A DNA stretch of 62,101 nucleotides, filler included, from Hausera hauseri (Eukaryota): the NCBI GenBank assembly GCA_046269625.1. It is 10 parts of 10 records of this genome, joined end to end, with 100 filler letters (N's around TTAATTAATTAA, not from the genome) between each part and the next. Parts side by side here need not be neighbours in the genome. Positions count along the whole stretch, not along the records: positions 1 to 5,889 come from JBJURY010173306.1; positions 5,990 to 12,386 come from JBJURY010104765.1; 8 more parts are not named here. One strand, given 5' to 3'. Position numbers and translations under genes: made by a program. The notes under the pieces are model-generated. The model searched no databases. It was given only the letters and a program-made list of their open reading frames with translations, and had not been told where the DNA came from. Of this stretch, positions 1 to 12,486 are shown piece by piece. The first letter of the stretch is position 1, and each line of letters begins with the position of its first letter.

Positions 1-1561
1 GCATTATATAAGTAAATCAATATTGAATTTTATAAATGTGACATTTTAGTATGCACATATACAGTTTTGTTATTATACTGATTTAATTACTCTCTAATTT
101 TATAACTAATTCATACACATATATATTTATATCAGAAAGAAAATGGAAAAACATTCGAGAATGCTTCTGAGAATATATATATATATTTTTTAATAAGACA
201 GAGGAAGAATTTTGTAAGCTAACAGTTACCCTGTTTGACGACAGTAGCAGAATATATGTAAGCATGTTGCAACTTAGTTGCTCTTGGTATTCAGCATCTA
301 ACTTGTGGTCTTAACTCGAATGTCGATTAAAACTTATTACTGAGACCTTTTAACAAAGAGTAGTTTAAGTCTGAATCCAAGTTTAATAAACTTAAAATAA
401 TATGTCATAATCAAAAGCATTCTTCTTCATAATAGCTTTGAGCAAGTCATGGCAGCCCAATCATTAAAACCCATTACTTAGCAAATCAAGTAAATTGCAA
501 ATCAAGAGAAATATTTAAATGAAATTCGTCTTACCTTGAAGCATTCATTCAAACTTTCTAAAACTTAGGAAGGAAAAACGGGCACAATAAAGAATTACAC
601 ATATTATTTAATTCGAAATAACTTTATTTACAGTTAATACATTATTTTATCATATCATTCAAATTTTTATTTACAGAAAGGGTTGTATCATTTACGATAG
701 CTACGGATACACCTGTGGTGTGTCAGTTACCTAGAAAAACAAATATAATAAGTCATACAGCTCTAAGAATAAATTCTTTCAATAATTTTCTGTTAAAAAA
801 TTGAAGTTAAATGCGAAGAGATACTGCTGAGTTATTAAATGGTATATCCATGTATTGATTTTGAAATTCTGTAATATGTTAAGTCTAGAAATTTAAATAA
901 CAAGAAAGTAGTAAATAAATTGGCATTAACCTTGCTATACTCCGTATATGTTCGCTAAACCAATAATTAAAGAATGAAATTGTAAATCTCTGGATGCTAC
1001 ATTTTTCTGCTACTCATTTTTAAATATCTAAATCAAGCATTTCATGCACACACAAGGGAAGGATCCAGACCTGTCAGGAGTACTTGTAGCCTATTCAAGA
1101 ATTTATATAAAATCAACTATGCTACAAAATAAAATACATTAAAACTGACCCTTACTAATATTCCTTCTCCCTCATGAACTTCTGTTGTCTAAGTATTTTC
1201 ATCCTCTCTGATATAATACTCAGCACATATAAGATTCATTGATTTAAAAGATCAATAAAATCAAATCACCATCATATTAGAAATACTTCAGAATAAATGC
1301 CTGAGGACACTCAAGAAATCTTCCAAAAATTCTTGAATGAATTCTTGAACTGAACAAAAGTTTAATTTTTAGGGACAAAAAATGAATTTAATCATAAAAA
1401 ATGCACGTATATAAATATTTGCTACTGAAGTAGCCATCATAATCTCAAAGTCAGAATACAAAAATTTTAATAAAAAAAAAAAAAAAAGATATTCAAAACC
1501 TTTCTGACTAAATTCCACTAAACAACATTTGGACAACTTAATGATTCACTTTTTTTTTTTT

Positions 1562-2368
1562 TTAACATCTTGATGCTCTGCCACCAACCCTATCTTTTAT
1601 GTGTAATAACCACTTTTAAAGGCAGATATCAGTTCCATAATCAGTAGCTTTTTCAAATTGGACATGACTTCGGATTGATGATGAAATGAGAAAGACAAAA
1701 ACAAATAAATAAGTAAACCTAAAGAACATTATCAACTCAGAAATATTTTGGATTTAGAAATTTTGTACTTTTATTTTGATTACATGTATTAAATTTTTAT
1801 TCAATGTTTTTATTTAATGTTGTATCACATATGTTACATTATATTTCTATTCAATGCTTTTAATTAAGTTTTACATTTGTATTTACCCAGTGGCATGCCC
1901 AGAAAAAATTCTCGGAGGGAGTAATCAGTGAAAAAAAAAAGTTTTTTTTTTTTTTTCCTAATGTGAGATGAGGCATAAAAATAGGAAATTAAAACCAATA
2001 AAAATCAAAAGCTTTTGGTTGATCTGGGGGTTCTGATCCCCAAACCACCTCCCATGGGCATGCCACTGTAGCTCCCCCCCCCCCCAAAAAAAAAGACAAG
2101 TTTCATACTGACAAAAATTAATGAATATTTAAGCATCTAAACATTATATACTTCATAAAATGCTGTATTATACAATAAAAAATAAAAAAAAAACACAAAT
2201 TTTACTTCTTATCAACTTTGGTATTCTGGAACTGAGATATACCAATTTAACACCTCCAGTTGCTTTCCAGTTGTATTGCATAGATAGACTGTTTGTGATT
2301 AGGGATTGTAATATTCTATGGATAGCATCATTTACATTGAAGCCACCGGTGCACCCAAAGTATCCACA
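1562..2368 (-). pseudogene. DUF4806-like (transposon-associated, BEN-like) gene, last two exons (2206-2368 and ~1562-1685)
   Basis: Exon bounded by tttcag and gtaaaa encodes GGFNVNDAIHRILQSLITNSLSMQYNWKATGG; the next segment encodes ATDYGTDICL*KWLLHIKDRVGGR, matching the DUF4806 pattern GG...RIL..L.TN....YNW.G...WL....DR.GGR; contains an in-frame stop and a decayed acceptor. Confidence 0.6.
1888..2068. mobile_element. MITE, probably hAT-like
   Basis: Perfect 14-bp TIRs CAGTGGCATGCCCA / TGGGCATGCCACTG; 8-bp flanks TATTTACC and TAGCTCCC match only partly. Confidence 0.75.
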
Positions 2369-4184
2369 CTGAAAGCATAAAAATATTAAAAACAACCGGA
2401 TTAAAAGAATTTTACTGCTGAGAATTCTACATTCCTATAAGAAACTATCATATTAAACACATTTTATTTACCAAACTTCAAAATAATGAATCCATTATTA
2501 GTCTTATTTCCAGTTAGAAATCATATTAAGTTTTATATTGAAGCTTTCATAAACATTGTGACTTCTAAGAAGATTTTAAAATAAAAATTTTTTAAGGTGG
2601 CTAAAAAAACTTTATTAAATTAAGGGTTAAGACATAAATTTTACCTTTTTTCTAATTTTAAATTCTTGAAAACAATTCTATTTGCAAGCACCTTCATTGG
2701 AGTTTGCCATTTTTTTTTTATCAGCATCCTTTATGAGATTAACTATATAAAACATATTTTTACCAATTATACAAAACTGTGAGTAAGAAAATTCTGGAAA
2801 ATTTAGTTATAATCTTATACCCTGTTAAAATATATTCTTCTGAATGTAGTTCAATTTCATTAAGAGAAACGAAGATGGCATTTTTAAATGAGTGACTTTT
2901 CATCACTACATAAAACTATACTTTATCATAAAAATATGCTGAATGAATAAGCCAAGACAGGGCAGGAGACATTTATGAAATGTACAAATAATCTTTCTGT
3001 ATAACAAATACATCTTTTAATTCAGTTTATTAACAATTTTAAAATATTGCTTAAAAACTGTTCGTAATGTGACTTTTTAAGGAAAGTTTATACTTCTGGT
3101 TTTAATGAATGCATTATGCCTTATAGGATTTCACATTTTAATTTCTTTTAAACTATATATATCTGACTTATTCAAGGTGCAACACTAACAAAATTAATGA
3201 GTGGGTTTTTTTTAGAAGTACGATGCCATTATATATTAAAACAACTTAGCTATACAGTTGGTAATGATATTTAAAAAAAGATGTGGCATACATATTTATT
3301 GTATCAGGAAGCTGTATTTATATACACAGACATACATCACATACAAGAATTTCAGAGTGAACTTAAATAAGTTTACTTTTTGAGATTGGAAGAAATTTCT
3401 TAGTGCCATCTGGTCTGAAGTAGATGAACTATATCTGTGTAAACTGGATATAGATTTTTTTTATATATATATATCGAATATTATTTTTTTTATTTATATC
3501 GCATATTTTTTTTTATCTTTTTTATTTTTCTTGCAAAAAAATATCTGTATAACTAACAGTTTATATAACTGTATTTTACATATACAATCACAGTAATTTA
3601 TTATTCAAATGACCTTCTCATAAGAATAAATACTTTATTTTTTATCAGCTTATATTTTTTCCAAATATTTATATTAAAAATTGCATCAAAAAAATCAAAA
3701 CAATTTAATAGCATATTTTTCTTTTATTAATATCTCAAATTTTATTACACTTTTATTAATAAATGCATTAGAATCTGTGATATTTTAATGATGCAATTTG
3801 TTTGTACGCAACAGATAAATGTATGACATAGAAATCATGATTAAATTATGTTTTAAATTATTAAGCAATTTTTGTAATTTCTAAATAATAAAGGCATAAA
3901 CTGTAATAAACACAAAGTACTTTATTTATAATCAAGCATAATAAAATATACAAAACTAATGATACCATAGAATAACATAAAAATGCTCCGTGTGAGAAGT
4001 TGGGGGGGGGGGGCAGTGAACATGTTCCACAGTGAAGTCTTCTTCGCACTATTCTTTTGGGGAATATAGTTTTATGTTTCAATTTACTTTCTGTAATATT
4101 ATGAAGAATTCTTCTCTATGAATAATATCAACCATATGTATTGAAGGGGAAAGCAAAACTATCTATGTCACTGGTATATTTCAG

Positions 4185-4649
4185 CAGGGCGCGCCAGGGG
4201 TATTTGCCGTCCGGGTGCAAACTTTTATCGATCGCCCCCTAAACAATGGCGAAAATAAGGTCGGCGCCCCTCCCCAACTTTTTCGGGATAACTTTCCCCG
4301 AAGACTTTTAAATTTTAAATTCTCATATACCATCACGAGACTTTTCGACTCTGAGTAACATTTTTCAGAGGCTTTTGAATTTTTCTTTCTTCACCTTCCG
4401 AGACATATCTTTTTATTTTGAAGACGGGGGGGGGGACATTTTCCGACGAGACTTTTGAACACCTTCCCCTTCCCCCGAGGTTCTTAACTTACACATCTTT
4501 CTCACAAGGCAAGGCTTTTCCCCAAGATTTTCTCAGACTTTTGAATCTTTTTCCTCCTGCCGCCCCTTCATACCCACTGCCGCTCTCTCTCCACCCCTTG
4601 ACGCCCGGGTGCGGTGCGACCCTTGCGCCCCCGGGTTGGCGCGGCCCTG
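4185..4649. mobile_element. GC-rich hAT-like MITE with internal GAGACTTTT-type subrepeats
   Basis: TIRs CAGGGC(C)GCGCC; near-identical 8-bp flanks TATTTCAG and CATTTCAT; GC-rich island in AT-rich DNA. Confidence 0.75.
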
Positions 4650-5889
4650 CATTTCATTTTGAAGTGAAAGCTATAATTCCCTCTAAACAAAGATATATTG
4701 CACATATTTAGAGATAGAAATAAATCTTTCAGGCAGATGCTACAGCAGCAACATATAAATTACTTGTCGGTGAGGCAGGAATAAAATAACACATATTGAA
4801 AAATTCAGAAGCTAATATATATCAAATGTATTTATGTTAATTCCGCTAGTCTGCTTTAAGTTCCAGATTTAAATAAATTAGCTTCACATGGAATTAATTT
4901 TAAATACTAATTTAAGTGTAATTTAAAAGTATAATTATTTTTTAGATTTTTACAGAATGATAGCTCACAAACTAACTTTAGCTAGAGAAATTAATTCATA
5001 ATTCACAATTACAACTAAAATTTCAGTATCTAAGTTTCTTAATTATTTAAACACAGTGCGTTATTGTTTTACTTTCGTGCGAAAGTAAAATTACATTTAT
5101 GAGTAAAAAGTAAAACTGATAGTGAGTTAAGTTCAAGATCCGAATAAGACACAGTCGTTTGTTCTAAGGTACTACATTCTTTGGCTTTTCATTTCATCTT
5201 TTTCACCGGGAAAAATATGTAGGCAAATATTACCAAAGTATTACAATTATAAAATGATATACCCTTAAAAAAAAAAAAAGGAGGCTTACGGGTCTAATCG
5301 ATAATTAAGCCCAAGCTAGAAATAATCTACAATTGTTGAATTAAAACTTAATATGATTTAACGTATAACTCAAATAATTTAAAACATTTAGTTAAATTAT
5401 TCCACAATTATATTTGAAAAAGTTTTACTTACCAAGCACTTAAAGAGAAGTTCCTTCAGACAACCTTATCGTCTGTCTACATGGCACAAATGAATATGGG
5501 GAAATGCTCCGGACAAAGAATGTAGGAGTGGTCAAGTATACGTCATACTGTCAGAGGGGGGAGAGTTGTCAATCCTGCCTGGGGGAGAGCTCTTCCCCTG
5601 GCATTTCAAACCGCAGGAAATAAATAATCGGCGAGCCATCTTCGTTCCCTCTCGGGCCGATCTCTTGAAAAGACCTTGAACGGTTGATTCGAGATCGAGA
5701 CAGTGGGCCAACGTCTTGCCTAGCTCTATAAAAAACTGCCTACCTTCTACCGATAAATCTGACGATAGGCCGAGTTACTGCCGATTATTTTTGCTGCCTG
5801 GGGATGGGCACTGTTTTCATGGGTACTAAGTGCTAATATTTAAATGGATGGAAATTCTATAAAATGAAAAATAATAGTGAAGAAATGCC

Positions 5890-5989
5890 NNNNNNNNNNN
5901 NNNNNNNNNNNNNNNNNNNNNNNNNNNNNNNNNTTAATTAATTAANNNNNNNNNNNNNNNNNNNNNNNNNNNNNNNNNNNNNNNNNNNN
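5890..5989. other. Artificial contig linker N44-TTAATTAATTAA-N44; identical linkers at 12387-12486, 16989-17088, 21965-22064, 26052-26151, 32012-32111, 41464-41563, 46990-47089, 56720-56819
   Basis: Nine identical 100-nt spacers carrying stop codons in all six frames; sequence on either side is unrelated. Confidence 0.99.
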
Positions 5990-6700
5990 AGTAACACGAA
6001 ATAATTCCATATTGCATCAGTTCCAATGTGGACTGAATGACAATTTGAGAAAGATTATTTTTCAAGCTGATACACGTGCATTTTAAGAAGCTGCAGGGAA
6101 AGCGCTTAAAGTTAAAATGGATGCTGAACTATACAGATGGAATAAACCAACGGATTATAACAATATTTTTGATAAACGAAAGAATAATAGCACGCAAAAA
6201 TGTCCACTGTACTATGGAAATCGAACCCCCTCTCAAACATCACCTACGGAATCTGATCAGATTTAAGTTAAAGAATTATGGTGAAAAATCAAGTTATAAA
6301 AAGAAATACCCTCCCAAGGATATATTCAAATATAGATTCAGAAGGTAGATTAAAGTGTTAAAATTGTAACTTACAGCCATATTGATAAAACATGCAGGTC
6401 TCGGAAGAGAGAACCTCCAAATAATGATAGAAAAAACAAAAAGGATTATACATCAGCCACACTGGATGAATCATCCTCTACAGAAGATGAAACATCACTC
6501 AGTGTTAGTGAACACGAAATTAAAAGAGATAAGAAGAAAGTGTTAATTAAGTTAATTAATTAGAAAAGAGGATAAAAGAAAAGTTATACTAGCGAATTTA
6601 CATCAGATGAACGTGAGAAAGAAGCATAACCTGTAAAGATATGATGAAGAAAAACCTGAGCAAGTGATAAAAGATACGGAAGTAGATTTAGACGCCTAAA
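5990..6700 (+). pseudogene. Retrotransposon gag remnant
   Basis: LHQFQCGLNDNLRKIIFQAD..F*EAAGKA resembles the Gypsy capsid C-terminal F..GL motif; followed by decayed charged low-complexity sequence. Confidence 0.45.
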
Positions 6701-7089
6701 GTGAAATAATTGAAGCTGCAATCGCCACTAACCCCGAAAACAGTCGCCGTAGGTACAGCAACGACTTCAATACTCCAATTAATAGATAATAAGTTATTGG
6801 CGGTTAAGGTAAATGAAATCTTATATCAATTGTTATTACTTGCTCACGATACTAGCGCCTTACGAGATATAAAAGGAACAGTACTAGGCAAAGCGGCTGA
6901 GGCTGTGAAAGGAAGAAACCAGTTTATCAGAATAACATTGAAAAAGGGAAATCAATATGTAAGTCATCAGAATAAATAAAACATGATGCGTGAGAAAATA
7001 GAAGAACTGGTGCCGTTTTACAAGGAGAAAATGCGTCTATTAAATTTTTACAGAAGGACGTTGTATAGTTATGAGTAGGGAGAAAATAC

Positions 7090-7925
7090 CACTTCACCCT
7101 CATTCGATAATCCATTAAATTCAACAAAATCAATACTGCTCAAGTGCAAATCGATAGTGCACCCGGAGCATTATCGATTGGTGAAATGCTTAACAAGCGT
7201 GCCTTTAGGCACCGTTGCTAAACATACTTGCACATTTCACTTATTTATCGTTGCACATTGTACTATTGGTCGAATCGAAGAACACAAAATGCTAATCGAT
7301 AGTGCACATGAAGGTGCATCGATTGGTGCACTGCACATGTGCAAGTGTGCAAAAATTAACAATATCGGATTTCCGATAATTCCAATAATGATGATTATCA
7401 TCCAGCACCGGGTGCAATCGGTAGCAAATACGATTCTATGTGAATGTGCAATTGGAATTTAAATCGATCAATTAGTTTTCGGTAAAATGCCAACTTAGAC
7501 AGAACCCCTATAGGCCTCTACGGTATAAAATAAAAATCGATAAAATTGAAACTGCGCATATACTAATCGATAGTGCACCCGGTGCACTACCGATAGGGAA
7601 ATGCTCATGACGGAAGTCTCCTAGGGCACTGTTACCATGGCAATTTTGCATGTTTCACATTTGTCGCTGTACGGCTCAGCAATGTTCGAATCGATCGGGA
7701 CTAAGTGCTAGTGGATAGAGCATATCTAGATGTATCTTGATGTGCCCGGTGCAGGGCACATACACACGTGCAAGTGTGCAAAAATCAAAATATGGGTTTT
7801 CCGTAATTCAAATATTGATGATTAGCACATGTGATTGGGTATGTTTGAACACAAATACGATGTACTATATGAATGTTCAATCAGAATTTAAATTGATCTA
7901 GTGGATTTCTAATAATATCAATGCA
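7090..7925 (+). repeat. Two tandem units of a ~415-bp satellite rich in ATCGAT, GTGCAC and TCGA
   Basis: AATCGATAGTGCACCCGG at ~7149 and ~7565; the same family recurs at 24860-26051 and 26152-27180. Confidence 0.85.
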
Positions 7926-8116
7926 AAGTTCAACTGGAACCGTAGGTACGTAGGTGGGATGGAAACGCACGGAAACGGACACATTACAGTATGACATATG
8001 CAACCTGGAAGCCGTAAAGTGACTAACCAAGAACGAGTCAACAGGGCGAAGGAAGCTCTTCAAGTGGGTGACAACGGCGAGCTTCTCAACATTATACAGA
8101 AATCCTAAAGGTATTC

Positions 8117-9227
8117 ATGGCTGACAAGTGGGACATAGGGTGCACATCTCTAATCAAACACCGAATAGACACGATAGGAGCGCCAATTAATATCAAACTT
8201 CACAGGAAACAAGTAAACCTACAGAAAAAGATCTACGAGACCATCCGAAACCTATTGGAAAATGATATTATTAAGCCATGTAATTTAGCATGGAATGCAC
8301 CAATGATATGCGTATGGAAAAAAGACAAGAACGATGTCAGGATATGCCTGGAATGCATACAGCTGAATCTTATAAGGGAATGGCAGGCCTTCCCCATGCA
8401 TAACGTGGTAGAGATATTGGACAGGTTATAGGGGACCAAGTTTTTCACGTCAATCGGCCTACGGAATGCATACTACCAAGTCGAGTTAGAGGAAGACTCC
8501 AAATTGAAGACAGCGTTTTCAACCAAATTAGGACAGTTCTGTTTCAACAGGATGCCATTCGGTATATCAGCAGGCCCAGGAACCTTCAAAGAAGTAATGA
8601 ATAAAGTACTAGGGGACATTGAACAAACAGTGCTACACCTAGATGATATACGAATCTTCTTTAAGACTCTAGAACAGCATTATAGGATACTAGAAAAGGT
8701 ATTGCAGCGGATCCAGGAAGCAGGTTTCAGAGTACACCCAGAGAAATGTCACATCTTGAAGAAAGAAGTAAAATTTTTAGCACATATAGTGAATGTCAAG
8801 TGGATACAGAGTGACCCTTCAAAACTGAAAGCATTTAAGTCCTTTGCGAAACCAAAATTTGTCAAGAATTTAAGAAGCTTCTTAGGGATCTGCAACTATT
8901 GCAGAAGATTTATCCAAGTTTACGCAGCAAAGGCCAAGCCATTGGAGCAACTATGCGGATTGAATAACATGAAACTAATATGGGCCGAGCAATGTAATGA
9001 GGCTTTAAAGTCAATGAAAAGAGCCTTAGCCACACTGTCAATAATATGTTTCAGTGATTTCAACAGAGAAATATTCTCGATACGGAGGCAAGCTTCGACA
9101 TCATTGGAGCAATACTCTCCTGGAAGGATAGTTCGGGGCGCGAGGGAGTGATCGCGTACGGATCACACGCAATGAACAACCATGAAAAAGGATATTGTAT
9201 AACTGGGAAGGAACTACTGTCCATGTG
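8117..9227 (+). pseudogene. pol: Ty3/Gypsy pol remnant (RT and start of RNase H), truncated
   Basis: WNAP, TAFST..GQF.FNRMPFG, HLDD (degenerate YxDD), LRSFLG.CNY, YC.T.KELL; contains stops and frameshifts. Confidence 0.92.
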
Positions 9228-10159
9228 AGTAGGAAGAAGTGTCCTCTGCTAACCACTTCACCAAGTGCTCATATCGACCTGCAAACCAGTTTTCTCCACC
9301 TATCTCGCAATTCCGAGCATTTCATATCTGGAGGTCGGCGCCTGCATGGACAGAAGAAGGTCGGGCAATGGACGTTAGACCGAGACCAATCGGTCGAGCC
9401 GGACAAGGCGAGTAAAAGGCAACACAGCCGCAACGCCGAAAAATGTGACTTCTTTGGTACAGGAGGTGGAAGAAGAAAAACGGACAATGTGCAACCAGCA
9501 ACGCAACACATGTTGTTTGTATACCGAAATTTTGCACAGAGGTAAAATTAATGTTGGCAAGTAGAATGGACACGGTTTCATCGTAGTCCGACCAAGGGAA
9601 CATGGGGAAAATGGATTGGGCAAATTTCCGTCGGGTAAAATTTCTCCATGTTCTAGTCTGCCGGTGATGGAAATGGGTCGCATGCATTGCCCATAAATTG
9701 GGGTAAATTTCATATTAAAACCGCTTCGCGATCAGACCAAGGGATCCGGGTGAAAAATGCAACTGGAAAACGCATTGTTAAAAGTCTAAATCGTCATCAT
9801 CATCACCATCGTCGTCATTATCATTGTAAATGCCTTGTTTCTTAAAAGTCATGAATTTTATTTTGTACGACTACGTCGCTTAGAACCAAGGGGTTTTCGA
9901 TGGCACAAATTACCGCGAGCTTATAATTGGATACTACTACTACTCACAAGGAGAATGATTGATTAACAGTGCTGTGGTGGTGTTGTTGGTGGTGGTAGTG
10001 ACACCTGAGACCGTCGTCCTACAAACTAATGAGTACCACCAAATGTGGAACAGATATTGAGATTATTTAACAACAGCAACAGCAATATAATAAGATGTAT
10101 ATTTTAAAATCACAAAAACAGTCTGTCTGTCCATTCAAAAGAGTGGAATGCGTTTAGTC

Positions 10160-10520
10160 AATGTTCACAATAATGTCTGTAATGTAAGCCCCAATAGGCA
10201 GTAATGTCCACACAATACGGTAAGTGGATGTTGATAATGAAGTCAATTGTATTCAACACGATGATATGATTGTCTTTCAATTTGAGAAATTAACGACGAC
10301 AGGTAATAAAACCCGAGCGGGTCGAATACCTTGACGACGGTCGGATGTACATACACCGCAATCGAATGTTCACCAGGTAACGATGAACTGTGTGTATTGA
10401 CGATGAAACCTCCGCCACAATTTTGTCGTAAGTCACGCGGCATACGATTCAGTGGACACACCGCGGAATTTCACACCCAAGAGCAGTTTTCCAAAGTGAC
10501 TGAGTTCAGTTGAGCTAAAC
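10160..10520 (-). pseudogene. Adenain-type cysteine (maturation) protease
   Basis: FIVNTHSSSLPGEH(S)IAVY...FDPLG, and beyond a stop YQHPLTVLCGHYCL; these are the GxHW, FDSxG and Q...CG.YC motifs. Confidence 0.85.
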
Positions 10521-10598
10521 GGAAAACGTTATTCAATTATACTAGTAATAATGGTAATAAATTATTTCATGGTACAAAGGGGAACAAGAAGGTTTCAT

Positions 10599-11813
10599 TT
10601 ATACAATGACGGTTCCGTTTTTCGTTATTTCAACCGCGACATCAAATACACCGTAAATGTACATCACGGTAGACTACTCCACTGCTTTAGCAAAATGAAC
10701 CTCTAATCGTAGGTTTTCTGCTGAGGTAGTTGTGCCTATTCCAACGCCATAATCTGGAGCAAGGACAAAGGTGAAGAATGGATAGATGGACTTGAACAAT
10801 TCCATCGATATGTCATTGTTGACATTTTTCTTCAGCAAAGCCATGTTGCGCACAATAGATTGCATATATGTGGAAACAATCGACGGTATTGAAATCCTGC
10901 TTGTATGTCTCAACGAAATTCGCATTCCGACTCAAACTGATATAATTCACATTGCTATGGGTAAACATTTCCCAATCGGTGGTGTAATTGCCCATTTGTT
11001 GAGCAGTCATTTCTAATGTAACAAGCACAAATTTCCGCAATCGCATGTCGGCAAACAGTGCGTCTTTGTAAAACGTAGTCGAACATTTGAGTATGGTGTA
11101 AAAGACGAGTTCTCTGCGTTGTAATGGGTAACAGGCATTTTGTGTTTCCATGCCCAATCGATGTCCATCATCACATATGGTTTTACCTTTACACGACGTA
11201 CATATAATCTTGCTTGGGTAATTTTCAGTATGGGTTTGAGATTTGCAACTACGGTTTTCAAACAAAAGATATTGTCGCTGAGTTTGAGCCAAATCATGGC
11301 TTTAATCCCGGACAGTAGGTATTTTGGATGATCGAAAAAATCAAAGCGAAGGGGTCCACACATTGGAAGCATGTTTTTTGCCACCCATGCTTGAAGGTTT
11401 ACTGCAGTAACGTCATATCTGATGGTTTTCGTGAAGTGAGTCGTTTTCGTATCTGTACTGTAATTCAGAGCCGTTTCAATGAGTGCTTTGATACTGTATA
11501 GACTGGTGTTTTATTCAATTTTAACACTTTTTAGAATCAGCGAAGCCTCCTGAAACAGTGTGAGAGAAAGATAATAGGTCAGTGACACAGTGTCTGTTTA
11601 AGCGAGAACCGTTGATGTATTCTTTTAAACAATGACCATAACGTTCAAATCGAGATATTCATTGTCCGATGTCATAATATCGAATTAAATATCAATGTTA
11701 TCGTCCGCTGACACCGAATTAACGGGGTAGATTTCTTCAAATACCGCATTGTCAATAACAACTTGTGGTGCGCCTTTGTCAAATATACACAATTCAGATT
11801 TTGTAGATGCCAT
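10599..11813 (-). pseudogene. Polinton/adintovirus major capsid protein (hexon-like)
   Basis: MASTKSELCIFD..PQ, GPLRFDFFDHPKYLLSG, ARLYVRRVKV, F.F.LAPD, NLRLEVHF, YGVFD..VEI spread across frames; multiple stops and frameshifts. Confidence 0.88.
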
Positions 11814-11832
11814 TTGTCTATAAATCAGTCAA

Positions 11833-12185
11833 TCAGTCAAAAATCGTACGACCACAATGTTTTTTTATAGTTGATGAGATCGGTGATACTTTACAGTATT
11901 TTCTAAAGCCACTGCCAGTAAATTGGTTTTTGACTGATTCAACAACTCCCGGTGCAGCGCTTTTTATTTCTGTCGAGGCATGTCCCTTCAATGACGGTAA
12001 AATCGATTGTTTTCCCATAGTACATTCTGTGTTGTTTTTACTGCCACGGCTGCAATACGCTTTAACACCTGAAATGCTAAACATGTCAATGTACGCAACC
12101 ATTCGGAGCCGTACTGTTTACCAACGAAATTCGGCAGTTCACCGCCCTGCTGGGATTTACTGTAAATGGAAACGATTTCAAAATA
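11833..12185 (-). pseudogene. Small basic core-like protein of Polinton/adintovirus type
   Basis: QQGGELPNFVGKQYGS(E)W...amphipathic helix...QFTGSG...R-rich...TIFD across two frames; sits between penton and major capsid genes. Confidence 0.6.
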
Positions 12186-12195
12186 AATCATTTTG

Positions 12196-12386
12196 TTATT
12201 GGTTTCGACGGAAATGAAGAGATAGAATGGTTGTGGTACCGTACGGAAATTGAATAAAGTAGCCCGCATCACATCTGATATTGACTTCAAAATTGTTTAT
12301 ACGTGTAGTTGCCACAGGTAGGTACATTGGATTATCGAGCTTGATAGTGACATTGTCGCCAGCAGTATACTTGCTGCTTTCCGGAT
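12196..12386 (-). CDS. Minor capsid (penton) C-terminal fragment
   Basis: Own translation: NPMYLPVATTRINNFEVNIRCDAGYFIQFPYGTTTILSLHFRRNQ*. Confidence 0.8.
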
Positions 12387-12486
12387 NNNNNNNNNNNNNN
12401 NNNNNNNNNNNNNNNNNNNNNNNNNNNNNNTTAATTAATTAANNNNNNNNNNNNNNNNNNNNNNNNNNNNNNNNNNNNNNNNNNNN

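Larger units (their letters stand above)
9228..12386 (-). mobile_element. Polinton/adintovirus-like element: terminus plus virion-morphogenesis module
   Basis: Co-oriented penton, core-like, major capsid and adenain genes; AGTAG terminus-like motif exactly where the Gypsy RNase H homology stops. Confidence 0.8.

Noticed and set aside
4418-4711. 97-aa Pro-rich ORF
   Set aside because: Lies inside a GC-rich MITE; spurious.
5934-5945. Recurrent TTAATTAATTAA palindromes and ORFs ending in XXXLIN
   Set aside because: Artificial concatenation linker; adjacency across linkers has no biological meaning.
7090-7925. Regularly recurring palindromic motifs as a possible CRISPR-like array
   Set aside because: Whole ~415-bp units are homologous, there are no unique spacers or cas genes, and the context is eukaryotic.
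9195-9713. Several overlapping 80-120 aa ORFs
   Set aside because: Expected in GC-richer terminal-repeat DNA; no recognisable motifs.
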